This document shows, in pieces, positions 1 through 9,668 of a stretch of DNA of 64,000 nt. The position numbers and the translations under genes were made by a program. The DNA is from an uncultured Clostridia bacterium (GTDB lineage: Bacteria > Bacillota > Clostridia > TANB77 > CAG-508). The stretch is from contig CALXVH010000003.1 in the NCBI GenBank assembly GCA_944391965.1, forward strand, positions 22,551 through 86,550, written 5' to 3'. Under the pieces are notes generated by a model that saw only the letters and a program-made list of their open reading frames with translations, had not been told where the DNA came from and searched no databases. Each line of letters opens with the position of its first letter. Within the stretch, counting starts at the first letter, position 1.

Positions 1-867
1 AATTTTATTTTCTGGTTCATTTAAATTATATGAAGCTATAACTGTTTGAATCCTTGTATTTAAGTCATTTATTTTATATGCATTTGGTCTATCTGGATTT
101 ACAGTAGCACCATCTTCTACATATTCTAAATTACCTTCGCTTAATACTCTTCCAGATGAAATTACATATAAATTACCATTTATATATCTTGATGTATAAT
201 ATTCCTTATTTATTTCAAATTCTTTTATTTTGTCTGGACTTTCTATATCTGCCAAATCATAAATTTTAACAACTGTTTTGCTCGTATTTCCAGAAATAAT
301 TATTAATTTATTATTTTGTAATATTAAATCTTCTGGATAAACATTACTTAATGGTTCTTCTATCTTTGCAACTATATTCATTTCCGTTGGATTTTTTGCA
401 TATGTTATATATACTGTATCGTCTGAAATAGAATATACATATTCCCCATCTGTTTTTACAATATCTGCTTCATCCACATTTTCTACTTGTATATTTGTTG
501 TTGAATAATCTGATGTGGTTGTTCCTGTATTTATACTTGGAAGTACAGAATCATAAGATTTTGTGTCACTTGCACTAGTTGTTATCTCATCTGGAACAAT
601 ACCTCCTCCAGAAGATTGTATTGAACCTGCATTTTCTATAATTCCACCAGAGAAACTACGAGTAGGTAACGCAATTAATGGACATATAAATGCTGCAGCC
701 ACGCGTGATCCTCCTGATGAATTATATCCATCTACTATTTTTTGTAATTGTTTTTCTGAACTAATTTCTGTTAAATCTCCTCTAAATCTTAGATTTGATA
801 CTGTAATTCCAATAACAATAGCAATTACTAGTAATATAGCTATTATTACTGCTAATTTCTTTTTCAT
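1..867 (-). CDS. membrane-anchored/secreted beta-propeller domain protein (Beta_propel-like); C-terminus lies outside the window
   Basis: Absent from the ORF track because there is no stop in the window. The minus frame is open from ATG 867 (RBS GGAGGGGA at 871-879) to position 1. It has an N-terminal anchor KKLAVIIAILLVIAIVIGI and the motif NIQVENVDEADIVKTDGEYVY, which is typical of this family. Confidence 0.7.
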   Translation of the reverse strand, partial: MKKKLAVIIAILLVIAIVIGITVSNLRFRGDLTEISSEKQLQKIVDGYNSSGGSRVAAAFICPLIALPTRSFSGGIIENAGSIQSSGGGIVPDEITTSASDTKSYDSVLPSINTGTTTSDYSTTNIQVENVDEADIVKTDGEYVYSISDDTVYITYAKNPTEMNIVAKIEEPLSNVYPEDLILQNNKLIIISGNTSKTVVKIYDLADIESPDKIKEFEINKEYYTSRYINGNLYVISSGRVLSEGNLEYVEDGATVNPDRPNAYKINDLNTRIQTVIASYNLNEPENKI

Positions 868-1019
868 TTAATCCCCTCCTATGTCTTTTGTATTTCGACA
901 ATATTCTATCATATATTTGTTAGTTTTAACTAGCATTTTTTTATTGTTTAGAATATAATATTTACTATAAGAAATTATAAATATAATTCTTGTTATTATT
1001 TAAAGCCGAGGTGCTTAAT

Positions 1020-2012
1020 ATGAAAAATTACAAATTAGCAATTGTAGGTGCTACAGGTGTAGTAGGTAGAACTGCACTAAAAGTATTAGAAGAAAAAAAT
1101 CTACCAATTAATGAATATGTTTTATTTGCCTCAAATAAATCTGCTGGCAAAAAAGTTAAATTTATGAACAAAGAATATGTTATACAGGAGTTAACAGAAC
1201 ATTCTTTTGACGAAGGATTTGACTTTGCAATATTTTCTGCTGGTGGTGAGACATCTAAAAAATATGCTCCAATTGCAGCCTCTAAAGGTTGTATTGTAGT
1301 AGACAATAGTAGTGCATTTAGAATGGATAAAGATGTACCATTAGTTGTACCAGAGGTAAATCCAGAAGAAATTAAAAATAATCATGGAATAATCGCAAAT
1401 CCAAATTGTTCTACTATACAAGCAGTTTTACCCTTAAAAGCTTTAGATGATAAATATACAATAAAAAGAATTGTATATTCTACATATCAAGCTGTTTCTG
1501 GAGCAGGTCAAAAAGGATTAAATGATTTAGAAAATGGTAGAAAAGGAATTAATAAATTAGAAAAATTCCCATACCCAATTTATAATAATTGTTTACCACA
1601 TATAGATGTATTCACAGAAAATGGTTATACCAAAGAAGAAATGAAAATGATAAATGAAACAAGAAAAATTTTAAAGAAACCAGATTTAAGAATAACTGCA
1701 ACTACAGTTAGGGTTCCAGTAGAAAATTCACATAGTGAATCTATAAATGTTGAATTTGAAAAGCCATTTGAACTTTCTGAATTAGTAGAAACATTAAAAA
1801 GTTTTGAAGGAATAATTGTTCAAGACGATCCAGCTTCTGAAGTTTATCCTATAGCTACAAATACAAATGGACATGATGAAGTTTTTGTAGGAAGAATTAG
1901 AAGGGATTTTAGTGTAGAAAATGGAGTAAATCTTTGGGTAGTTGCTGATAATATAAGAAAAGGTGCAGCATCAAATGCTATACAAATAGTAGAAAAAATG
2001 ATAGAAAAATAG
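1020..2012 (+). CDS. asd: aspartate-semialdehyde dehydrogenase
   Basis: ORF 990..2012 trimmed to ATG 1020. It has the Rossmann start KLAIVGATGVVG, the active-site context NPNCSTIQ and the C-terminal ADNIRKGAASNA. Confidence 0.93.
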   Translation: MKNYKLAIVGATGVVGRTALKVLEEKNLPINEYVLFASNKSAGKKVKFMNKEYVIQELTEHSFDEGFDFAIFSAGGETSKKYAPIAASKGCIVVDNSSAFRMDKDVPLVVPEVNPEEIKNNHGIIANPNCSTIQAVLPLKALDDKYTIKRIVYSTYQAVSGAGQKGLNDLENGRKGINKLEKFPYPIYNNCLPHIDVFTENGYTKEEMKMINETRKILKKPDLRITATTVRVPVENSHSESINVEFEKPFELSELVETLKSFEGIIVQDDPASEVYPIATNTNGHDEVFVGRIRRDFSVENGVNLWVVADNIRKGAASNAIQIVEKMIEK

Positions 2013-2018
2013 TTTTTT

Positions 2019-2095
2019 GGACGTTCCCAGGGGTTGGGAACGTTTTTTCGGGATTTGGGAGGTTTCCCGGGATTTAGGGACGTTCCTTTTTTCCC
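2019..2095 (+). repeat. REP-like palindromic element cluster (3-4 units), locus R1, 3' of asd
   Basis: Units read GGACGTTCCC, GGGAACGTT, GGGATTTGGGAGGTTTCCC and GGGATTTAGGGACGTTCCTTTTTTCCC. They match the family seen at 11 other loci. Confidence 0.85.
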
Positions 2096-2116
2096 TTCCA
2101 AATTTTTTTAGTGCTA

Positions 2117-2155
2117 AAAATAATCGCAAAACATATTTGCGATTATTTTTTCTTT
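2117..2155. terminator. hairpin terminator overlapping the 3' end of the DtxR-family gene
   Basis: AAAATAATCGCAAA / TTTGCGATTATTTT 14-bp stem with a T-run. Confidence 0.6.
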
Positions 2156-2589
2156 TTTAACTTTATACAATTTTGGCATCTTTCATTTTCTGGACTATAA
2201 TTACATTTTAATTCATCAACTTTTATAATACTTTTTATGTAATCAGAAAATTTATTTACAGTATCTTCAGAAATAGCATGTTTCATTTTCTTAGCTTCTT
2301 CTTCTGCTGTTTCGTTATTAACATTTAAAATTTGAATTAAAAAAGCTTTTAAAACATTATGCTTTTTAATAATGTTAGTTGCTTCTTCTTTACCCTTTTC
2401 TGTTAATTTTATCTCTCCATATGTTTCATAATCCACAAGTTCTAGCTCTTTTAAAGATTTTAGTGCCCTATTTACACTTGCTTTACTAACTTGTAAATAG
2501 TCTGCAATGTCTGTAACTCTTGCTTCATTTTTATGTAATATTAATATATATATTGATTTTAAATAATCTTCTTGAGACGCAGTCATCAT
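2143..2589 (-). CDS. DtxR/MntR-family metal-dependent transcriptional regulator
   Basis: It has the N-terminal wHTH QEDYLKSIY...VSKASVNRALKSL and the family helix pattern. The tail is Cys-rich (CNYSPENERCQNC). Confidence 0.8.
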   Translation of the reverse strand: MMTASQEDYLKSIYILILHKNEARVTDIADYLQVSKASVNRALKSLKELELVDYETYGEIKLTEKGKEEATNIIKKHNVLKAFLIQILNVNNETAEEEAKKMKHAISEDTVNKFSDYIKSIIKVDELKCNYSPENERCQNCIKLKKKK

Positions 2590-2738
2590 TCTCCTCCTTT
2601 TATCTAGTATTAATTATATAGTATTTTTTAGATATTTTCCAGAAATTATTTATTTTTTATAAATTATATCATATAATAACATAGAAAATAGCTACATATA
2701 ATTATATATGCTAAAAAATCTCTATAGGAGATGTTATT

Positions 2739-3623
2739 ATGAAAAAAATTATTTTTAAAGGTTGTGGTACTGCCATCTCCACACCATTTACAAATGATGG
2801 CGTAAATTTTGAGGAGTTTGGAAAATTAATAGAATTCCAAATTTCAGAAGGTGTTGATAGTATTATAGTATGTGGTACTACTGGCGAATCTTCTACAATG
2901 ACAGAGAAAGAGAAAAAAGATACCATTAAATATGCTATAGATAAAGTTAATGGTAGAATTCCTGTAATTGCTGGAACAGGTTCAAATAATACTGCTTCTG
3001 CAATAGAAATGTCAAAATACGCAGAATCTGTTGGTGCAGATGCTTTATTAGTTGTAACACCATATTATAATAAAACAACTCAAGCAGGTTTAGTAGAACA
3101 TTATAAAGCAATAGCAAACTCTACTTCTTTACCTATAATCGTATATAGCGTATCTAGTAGAACTGGTGTAAATATTACTCCAGAAACTTGTTTAGAACTT
3201 TCTAAAATTCCAAATATCGTGGCTGTAAAAGAAGCTAGTGGTAATATCTCACAAGTTGCTAAAATTGCAGCACTATGTAAAGATAATTTACATATCTATT
3301 CTGGAAATGATGACCAAATCGTTCCAATTTTATCTTTAGGTGGACTTGGTGTTATATCTGTTCTTTCAAATGTTGCACCAAAATATACACATGATATGGT
3401 TCAGAATTTCTTTGATGGAAATATTACAGAAGCTACACAAATGCAATTAGACGCAATAGATTTAGTAGGAAGTTTATTCTGTGAGGTAAACCCTATACCT
3501 GTAAAAGAGGCTTTAAATATGATGGGATATAATTATGGAGTTCCAAGACTTCCACTAGTTAGATTATCTGAAAAAAATCAAGAAAAATTAAGAACTTCTT
3601 TAAAAACTTTTGGATTAATTTAA
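2739..3623 (+). CDS. dapA: 4-hydroxy-tetrahydrodipicolinate synthase
   Basis: 294 aa with the GTTGES motif, YYNKT and the Schiff-base lysine context VAVKEASG. Confidence 0.93.
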   Translation: MKKIIFKGCGTAISTPFTNDGVNFEEFGKLIEFQISEGVDSIIVCGTTGESSTMTEKEKKDTIKYAIDKVNGRIPVIAGTGSNNTASAIEMSKYAESVGADALLVVTPYYNKTTQAGLVEHYKAIANSTSLPIIVYSVSSRTGVNITPETCLELSKIPNIVAVKEASGNISQVAKIAALCKDNLHIYSGNDDQIVPILSLGGLGVISVLSNVAPKYTHDMVQNFFDGNITEATQMQLDAIDLVGSLFCEVNPIPVKEALNMMGYNYGVPRLPLVRLSEKNQEKLRTSLKTFGLI

Positions 3624-3709
3624 TTGTTAAGATTTAATTAACTTTATTCACATAATATACCTCCCATGATATAATATATATAGGAATAAAAAATATGGGA
3701 TGTGAATAA

Positions 3710-4252
3710 ATGTTTTTTAAAAAATTTAAAAATGAAGAAAATTATTTAGAATTTAAAAATATAATAAATGATATTCGCTTACACGAAAAGGTAAAAGAAA
3801 TGAACAATTATATGCAACATTCTAGCACGTCATGTTATAACCACTGCTTGCATGTTGCATATTACACTTATTTAGTATGTAAAAAATTTAAATTAGATTA
3901 TTTTTCAGCAGCTCGTGCTGCTATGCTTCACGATTTCTTTTTATATGATTGGCATGAGCACAGAAAGGTTAATTCATTTAAAGAACTACACGCATTTTCT
4001 CATCCTAAAATCGCTTTAGAAAATTCTTTAAAAAATTTCACTTTAAATGATTTAGAAAAAGATGTAATAGTAAAACATATGTGGCCTTTAACTATAAGAT
4101 TGCCTAAATATAGAGAAAGTTATATTGTTACATTTGTAGATAAATATTGTGCTACAGTTGAATTTTTTAAATACTTAAATAAGAAATACAAGTTAAGAAT
4201 GATATATAGATATGCTTATATCTTTTTAACAATCTTTTTTGTAAGATTTTAA
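3710..4252 (+). CDS. small HD-superfamily phosphohydrolase
   Basis: The H..H and HD motif (HCLHVAYY...AAMLHDFFLYDW) are present. It lies between dapA and dapB. Confidence 0.6.
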   Translation: MFFKKFKNEENYLEFKNIINDIRLHEKVKEMNNYMQHSSTSCYNHCLHVAYYTYLVCKKFKLDYFSAARAAMLHDFFLYDWHEHRKVNSFKELHAFSHPKIALENSLKNFTLNDLEKDVIVKHMWPLTIRLPKYRESYIVTFVDKYCATVEFFKYLNKKYKLRMIYRYAYIFLTIFFVRF

Positions 4253-4345
4253 TTTGTTTTATCATTTTACAAATAGTCACAATATAATTATTACTTACAT
4301 AAGGAAATTTAATTATCTTTAAGCGATATGGAAAGGATCTAAAAA

Positions 4346-5098
4346 ATGAAAGTATTAATAAATGGAATAAATGGTAAAATGGGACAAGAAGTTGCAAATG
4401 TAATAGATAATGATAAAGATATTTTACTTCTTGGTGGTGTTGATAAAGAAAACACTGGAATTTATACATACCCAGTTTATACAAATACTTCAAACATAGA
4501 AGAAAAACCAGATGTTATAATTGATTTTTCTGTTCCAGTAGCTACTCTAAATATCTTAAAATATGCTAAGGAAAATCATGTTCCTATTGTTATTGCAACA
4601 ACTGGATTTACAGAAGAACAATTAAATGAAATAGAAGCTTACTCAAAAGATATTCCTATTTTTAAATCTGCTAATATGTCATATGATATAAATTTAATGG
4701 CAAAAATTGTAGCATCTTTAGCTAAAGAATTACCAGATACTGATATAGAAATTATAGAAACACATCATAATAGAAAAATAGATAGTCCAAGTGGAACAGC
4801 TTTATTTTTAGCAGATAGCATTAATGAAGCAAAAGACAATAAGATGGTTTATGAATTTGACAGACATAATAAACATGAAAAAAGAAATAAATTAGAAATT
4901 GGATTCTCTTCTATTAGAGGTGGAAATATCGTAGGTGAACATACAGTACAATTCTTTGGTGAGCATGAAACATTAGAAATAACACATAAATGTTATTCTA
5001 GAACTGTTTTTGCAAATGGCGCTGTTATGGCTGCTAAATACATAGTTAATAAAGATAATGGAATGTATAATATGAATGATTTAATTAATAATAAATAA
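4346..5098 (+). CDS. dapB: 4-hydroxy-tetrahydrodipicolinate reductase
   Basis: It has the N-terminal GINGKMG dinucleotide fold and the signature ETHHNRKIDSPSGTA. Confidence 0.92.
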   Translation: MKVLINGINGKMGQEVANVIDNDKDILLLGGVDKENTGIYTYPVYTNTSNIEEKPDVIIDFSVPVATLNILKYAKENHVPIVIATTGFTEEQLNEIEAYSKDIPIFKSANMSYDINLMAKIVASLAKELPDTDIEIIETHHNRKIDSPSGTALFLADSINEAKDNKMVYEFDRHNKHEKRNKLEIGFSSIRGGNIVGEHTVQFFGEHETLEITHKCYSRTVFANGAVMAAKYIVNKDNGMYNMNDLINNK

Positions 5099-5140
5099 AA
5101 ACAGCTCGTGCTTTGTTATAAAAGCACGAGCTGTTTTTAT
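5097..5140. terminator. bidirectional rho-independent terminator after dapB
   Basis: AAAACAGCTCGTGCTT / AAGCACGAGCTGTTTT 16-bp stem flanked by A/T runs. Confidence 0.85.
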
Positions 5141-5173
5141 TGCATAGAAAAAATCTTAGATTTTAACTTTTGC

Positions 5174-5620
5174 TTACATTACACCAACTCTGTAAAAACT
5201 GTCTCCAACTTTAAAGCCAGCATCGTTGGTTTCCGAAAGTTTCGTTTTCAACACTTGAACCCTTTCTTCTGATATGCAGACAATTGAAACTTCTTCGTCA
5301 CCTACATTTGTACAGTCTGCTTTATATTTCACAAACATAGGCCATGTGGAAATAGTACTATTTGTACTCTTTGGCATTGCAGCACAAAACATACAACCTT
5401 TTTCTTTTATGGTTGAATCGGTCTCCGGCATTTCTGCAAAAGATTCGATGTCATAAACCACATCCTTTGATAGTTCAAACTTGTTCTTATTTAGGATCCC
5501 ATATTCGCATATTGTGTCGTCTTCCACATCTGCAACAATAATTACAAAATGTGGATTCTCATCCTCTTGCATTCTCCGTCCATAAAGGTCGAAAATCTTA
5601 CAGTTTTTAAGTTTTCTCAT
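5174..5620 (-). CDS. hypothetical protein (island 1, gene A)
   Basis: 148-aa ORF with RBS AAAGGAG. It is GC-richer than its neighbours. The N-terminus LKNCKIFDLYGR...FVIIV is paralogous to the N-terminus of ORF 6472..6987. Confidence 0.7.
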   Translation of the reverse strand: MRKLKNCKIFDLYGRRMQEDENPHFVIIVADVEDDTICEYGILNKNKFELSKDVVYDIESFAEMPETDSTIKEKGCMFCAAMPKSTNSTISTWPMFVKYKADCTNVGDEEVSIVCISEERVQVLKTKLSETNDAGFKVGDSFYRVGVM

Positions 5621-5693
5621 GTTGTTTCTCCTTTCTTAGTTCCTCGCTACATTTAGCAAGTTTGCATCTTCTTTGTACATTTTTTGCAGTACA

Positions 5694-5722
5694 ATTTTAG
5701 CACATATTTACTTAAATTTCAA
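5694..5722 (-). promoter_or_regulatory. sigma-A type promoter for gene A
   Basis: On the minus strand, TTGAAA, a 17-nt spacer, then TAAAAT with an upstream TG (TGCTAAAAT). The predicted 5' UTR is about 75 nt. Confidence 0.5.
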
Positions 5723-5785
5723 ATATTGAATAAGTCATGAATTGTAATATCATATTAACTAAATATATTTTATACTTTACTTTAA

Positions 5786-5832
5786 TTAAAAAGAATAGAA
5801 GAACATCATAATAAAAATGTCCTCCTACTCTT
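5786..5832 (-). terminator. strand-specific terminator after gene B
   Basis: The minus-strand RNA AGAGUAGGAGGACAU pairs with AUGUUCUUCUAUUCU through several G-U pairs and is followed by a U-run. Confidence 0.6.
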
Positions 5833-5845
5833 TTTTGAAACAATA

Positions 5846-6433
5846 TTAAATTTTAGAAAGTGATACATATTTGCCTTCCGTATTACTGGCTTTTTTCACC
5901 TCTATATTGGCATTCCACATTCCTTCTGAATTTCTTGCAAACACTATGGCTTTCCGAAGGTTCTTTGAATCCTCATAAGTTAAGTATAATGGTAATTTCT
6001 CTTTTCTGTCCAATTTTATTCTTATAAAATAAACATTGGATAAAAAGTCACCAAGGTCACATTCTCCATCCACAAATCGAAGGCGTCTTATTACCTTTAC
6101 CTTATTCTTTTTTGCTTTTGGAATAAAAACATCATCCGGTACAGCTTCTGTTGACCTTACAAGGGCATAAATCTCACCAGTACATGGATCATATTCATCC
6201 GCAAAAACTATACGTTTTTCTGTAATTTCTTTCAAGACTAAATTATAAATCCATCGATTTGTTTTTAGCATTTTCCTTTTTACATTTGGAATTACAAATT
6301 CCACATATGGTTCTCTTTTTGTCTCTTTGTTATAATCTGGAATACGTAATGTAACTATTTCATCCTTTTGACGAACACTTACATTACCATTCCATTTCCG
6401 TTTGCATATTCCTTTGTTAATAAATAATCTCAT
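5846..6433 (-). CDS. hypothetical protein (island 1, gene B)
   Basis: 195-aa ORF with RBS GGAGG, 38 nt downstream of gene C. I recognise no motif. Confidence 0.65.
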   Translation of the reverse strand: MRLFINKGICKRKWNGNVSVRQKDEIVTLRIPDYNKETKREPYVEFVIPNVKRKMLKTNRWIYNLVLKEITEKRIVFADEYDPCTGEIYALVRSTEAVPDDVFIPKAKKNKVKVIRRLRFVDGECDLGDFLSNVYFIRIKLDRKEKLPLYLTYEDSKNLRKAIVFARNSEGMWNANIEVKKASNTEGKYVSLSKI

Positions 6434-6471
6434 AATACCTCCACAATTTAAAGTTTGTTTTTACTTCACTA

Positions 6472-6987
6472 TTACTCATCATATTTTGATGATAATTCAT
6501 AGAATTCATGCTCTCGGTAAATAAAACCTTTATCTTTTACATTTTCCAGTTTTACATGGATTTTAAAAATTGGTGAACATGGTTCTAATAATACTCCAGC
6601 TATTCTAATAATCTTTTCTTTTTCTTCCGGATGCTTCATTACATAGTAAACCAGTCTTGCCCAATCAACAAATGCTTCTTCGATTTCTTCACCAATTGCA
6701 GAATAAAAAGTAAATTTTCTCAGCCTTATAATACCAAAATTTAATGCTTCAATTTTAGCTAATGATGAGATTGTATACTCTTCTTCTAAGAAGTCGTCTT
6801 CATCTGAAAATCGTGTTTGAAAGATTCTTGTTTTTGGAAAATATAATCCTTCCCTATAAATTATATCTTCCGATTCATTCTTGCCTACAACTATAATAGG
6901 CATTATTTCTTCAGTTTGTAGTCTACCTAAAATCCGTCCTTCCTTGTTGAATATTTTGCAATTTTTTAATTCTCCTTTTTTCTCCAT
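6472..6987 (-). CDS. hypothetical protein (island 1, gene C)
   Basis: 171-aa ORF with N-terminus LKNCKIFNKEGR...PIIVV, similar to gene A. Confidence 0.7.
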   Translation of the reverse strand: MEKKGELKNCKIFNKEGRILGRLQTEEIMPIIVVGKNESEDIIYREGLYFPKTRIFQTRFSDEDDFLEEEYTISSLAKIEALNFGIIRLRKFTFYSAIGEEIEEAFVDWARLVYYVMKHPEEKEKIIRIAGVLLEPCSPIFKIHVKLENVKDKGFIYREHEFYELSSKYDE

Positions 6988-7054
6988 ACTGTTCCTTTCT
7001 GATGCTCATTACATTTGATGAGTCTTACACTAACTTCAACTTTGCTACACATAA

Positions 7055-7083
7055 ATTTTAGCATATTTTGTTTTTCTTTGCAA
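7055..7083 (-). promoter_or_regulatory. sigma-A type promoter for genes C-B
   Basis: On the minus strand, TTGCAA, a 17-nt spacer, then TAAAAT (ATATGCTAAAAT). The architecture is the same as the gene A promoter. Confidence 0.5.
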
Positions 7084-7138
7084 ACTTATGTATACCTAAC
7101 GTATTAATTTAATTCCTCCTTTATGCATCCAAAAAAAA

Positions 7139-7194
7139 GGGATTTAAGGAACGTCCCCAAATCCCGAATTTTTTCGCAGGACGCCTCAAATCCC
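7139..7194 (-). repeat. REP-like element doublet, locus R2, 3' of clpC
   Basis: GGGATTTAAGGAACGTCCCCAAATCCC plus a degenerate unit AGGACGCCTCAAATCCC. Confidence 0.85.
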
Positions 7195-7200
7195 TTTTCC

Positions 7201-9660
7201 TTATTTTGTAGCTTTTACCTTTAATTCTACTTTATCATCTTTAGCTACTAATTTTGCTTCTAGACCAGGTTTAATATTTCCATCTAATATTTCTTCTGCT
7301 AATTTGTCTTCTACAATATTTTGTATTGCTCTACGTAGTGGTCTTGCACCAAATTCTTTGTCTACACCTTTTTTAGCAATTAATTCTTTAACAGATTTAT
7401 CTATTTTAATATTTAAACCTTGTTCTACTAATCTTTGTTCTACATTCTTTAATAGTAAGTCTATAATGCTGTTAATTTCTTCATCATTTAATTTATGGAA
7501 TACTATAATATCATCAATACGATTTATAAATTCTGGTCTTAATTGTTTCTTCAATTCTGCCATTACGTTTTTCTTTATCTCTTCATATTCCTTAGCTTCA
7601 TCTTCTTCTGCTGAATTTGTAAATCCTAAAGATTTCTTTTCTGTAATTAATCTTGCACCTATATTTGATGTCATAATTATTACTGTATTCTTAAAGTTAA
7701 CTGTTCTTCCTTGGCTGTCTGTTAATCTACCATCTTCTAGAATTTGTAATAACATATTCATAACATCTGGGTGAGCTTTTTCTATTTCGTCAAATAATAT
7801 TACAGAATATGGTTTTCTTCTTATTTTCTCTGTTAATTGTCCACCATCATCAAAACCAACATATCCTGGAGGTGCACCAATTAATTTAGCAACAGAATGT
7901 GGTTCCATATATTCTGACATATCTACTCTTATCATAGCATCTTCAGTTCCAAATAAATTTTCTGCTAATGCTTTAGATAATTCTGTTTTACCAACACCTG
8001 TTGGACCTAAGAATAAGAATGAACCTATTGGTCTATTAGGATTTTTAAGTCCTACCCTACTTCTTCTTATAGCTTTTGCAACTGCATCTACTGCTTCATT
8101 TTGACCAATTACTCTTTTATGCAATTCTTTATCTAAATTCTTTAATTTCTTATTCTCGTCTTGGGTAATTTTTGCTGCTGGAATTCCAGTCCAACTTGCA
8201 ATTACCTTAGCAATATCTTCCTCTGTTAGCTTTGGAATTGCTTTGGTCTTTTTACTTTTCCATTTATTTCTTTCTGCTTCTAATTCTTCTTTTAGTTTAT
8301 TTACTTCGTCCCTTATTTTTGCAGCTTTTTCAAATTTTTGTACTTTTACAGCAGCTTCTTTTTCTTGATTCATCTTTTCTATTTTTTCTTCCATCTCTTT
8401 TAAACTATCTGGTTCTTCTAAAGAAGATAATCTAATTTTGGAAGAAGCTTCATCAACTAAATCTATAGCTTTATCTGGTAAAAATCTATCATTAATATAT
8501 CTGCTAGATAATTCTACAGCTGCATTTATAGCTTCATCTGTAATTTTTATATTATGGTGAGCTTCGTATTTATCTCTTATACCTTTTAATATTTCTACAG
8601 TTTCTTCATGAGTTGGTTCATTAACAGTTACAGGGCTAAATCTTCTTTCCAACGCACTATCTTTTTCTATATATTTTCTATATTCATTTAAAGTTGTAGC
8701 ACCAATTAATTGAATTTCTCCTCTTGCTAATAAAGGTTTTAGAATGTTAGCAGCATCAATAGCTCCTTCTGCTGAACCAGCACCTACTATTGTATGAATC
8801 TCATCTATAAATAGAATTACATCTCCAGCTTTTTTTACTTCATTTAAAGCTTTCTTTATTCTTTCTTCGAAGTCACCTCTATATTTTGCACCAGCAATCA
8901 TACTAGATAAATCGATTGTTACAACTCTCTTATCCTTTAAAATTTCTGGAACATCACCTTGTACAATTTTTTCTGCTAATCCCTCTACAACTGCTGTTTT
9001 ACCAACACCAGGTTCACCAATTAAACAAGGGTTATTTTTTGTTCTTCTAGAAAGAATTTGAATAACTCTTTCTATTTCATTCTTTCTTCCAATTACAGGG
9101 TCTAATTTTCCAAGACTTGCACTTTTAGTTAAATCTGTTCCATATTGATTTAATGTTGGTGTAGAATTAAAGCTTCCTGTTTTTCTATTTTGAGAACCAT
9201 CACTACTGTTTATATCTTCATCTTCTTCTAATACTTTTACTATTTCATTATATAATTTTTGTGGATTAATACCTAAATCTAATAAAATTCTTACAGCAAT
9301 ACTGTCTGCTTCTCTCATTATTCCTATTAAAATGTGCTCTGTTCCTATATAATCTGAATCTAGTTTTCTAGCCTCTAAAAATGCATTTTCTAACACTCTT
9401 TTAGTTCTAGGTGTAAATCCTAAACTTGTTATAGTTCTTTCTTCATCTTTGCCTATTAGATTCTCTATTTCATCTAGTACATTTTCAGAATTTATATTTT
9501 GGTTTTCTAGCACTTTACTTGCAACACCATTTTCCTCTTCTGTTAACCCATATAATATATGTTCTGTTCCTATATAGTTATGTCCTAATTCTATTGCAAT
9601 TTCTTTTGCAATTTCTAAAACATTTTGTGCACTATTAGTAAATTTATATGTCATCATCAT
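7201..9660 (-). CDS. clpC: ATP-dependent Clp protease ATP-binding subunit ClpC
   Basis: 819 aa with Clp_N repeats, two AAA+ modules (GEPGVGKTA, GPTGVGKTE) and a UVR linker. Confidence 0.95.
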   Translation of the reverse strand: MMMTYKFTNSAQNVLEIAKEIAIELGHNYIGTEHILYGLTEEENGVASKVLENQNINSENVLDEIENLIGKDEERTITSLGFTPRTKRVLENAFLEARKLDSDYIGTEHILIGIMREADSIAVRILLDLGINPQKLYNEIVKVLEEDEDINSSDGSQNRKTGSFNSTPTLNQYGTDLTKSASLGKLDPVIGRKNEIERVIQILSRRTKNNPCLIGEPGVGKTAVVEGLAEKIVQGDVPEILKDKRVVTIDLSSMIAGAKYRGDFEERIKKALNEVKKAGDVILFIDEIHTIVGAGSAEGAIDAANILKPLLARGEIQLIGATTLNEYRKYIEKDSALERRFSPVTVNEPTHEETVEILKGIRDKYEAHHNIKITDEAINAAVELSSRYINDRFLPDKAIDLVDEASSKIRLSSLEEPDSLKEMEEKIEKMNQEKEAAVKVQKFEKAAKIRDEVNKLKEELEAERNKWKSKKTKAIPKLTEEDIAKVIASWTGIPAAKITQDENKKLKNLDKELHKRVIGQNEAVDAVAKAIRRSRVGLKNPNRPIGSFLFLGPTGVGKTELSKALAENLFGTEDAMIRVDMSEYMEPHSVAKLIGAPPGYVGFDDGGQLTEKIRRKPYSVILFDEIEKAHPDVMNMLLQILEDGRLTDSQGRTVNFKNTVIIMTSNIGARLITEKKSLGFTNSAEEDEAKEYEEIKKNVMAELKKQLRPEFINRIDDIIVFHKLNDEEINSIIDLLLKNVEQRLVEQGLNIKIDKSVKELIAKKGVDKEFGARPLRRAIQNIVEDKLAEEILDGNIKPGLEAKLVAKDDKVELKVKATK

Positions 9661-9668
9661 CTACCTCC

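Noticed and set aside
563-871. Plus-strand 102-aa ORF from the ORF track
   Set aside because: It lies antisense to a continuous, RBS-preceded minus-strand ORF with a recognisable beta-propeller family motif. Its own sequence is low-complexity and it has no RBS.
872-1019. Lysine (L-box) riboswitch upstream of asd or dapA
   Set aside because: I read 872-1019 and 2590-2738 and found no conserved L-box helices or core motifs, only AT-rich promoter-like sequence.
2019-2095. REP clusters considered as miniature CRISPR arrays
   Set aside because: The units alternate in orientation and are degenerate. They are separated by 0-10 nt rather than by unique ~30-nt spacers. No cas genes are present.
1844-2101. 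85-aa minus-strand ORF spanning the asd 3' end and the REP cluster
   Set aside because: It is composed of translated REP units (GKKGTSLNPGKPPKSRKNVPNPWERPK) plus sequence antisense to asd, so it is not a gene.
4167-4493. 108-aa minus-strand ORF spanning the dapB start region
   Set aside because: It overlaps the 3' end of the HD gene and the dapB 5' end on the opposite strand. Its composition is low-complexity Y/L/H/K and it has no RBS.
7304-7774. 156-aa ORF antisense to clpC, plus similar antisense ORFs (1028-1306, 10405-10602, 35001-35492, 36084-36536, 38933-39232, 51785-52177, 60196-60555, 61609-61914 and others)
   Set aside because: All of them are embedded opposite strongly supported genes. 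They are rich in S/L/F/I, as expected from reading AT-rich coding DNA backwards, and none has a credible RBS.
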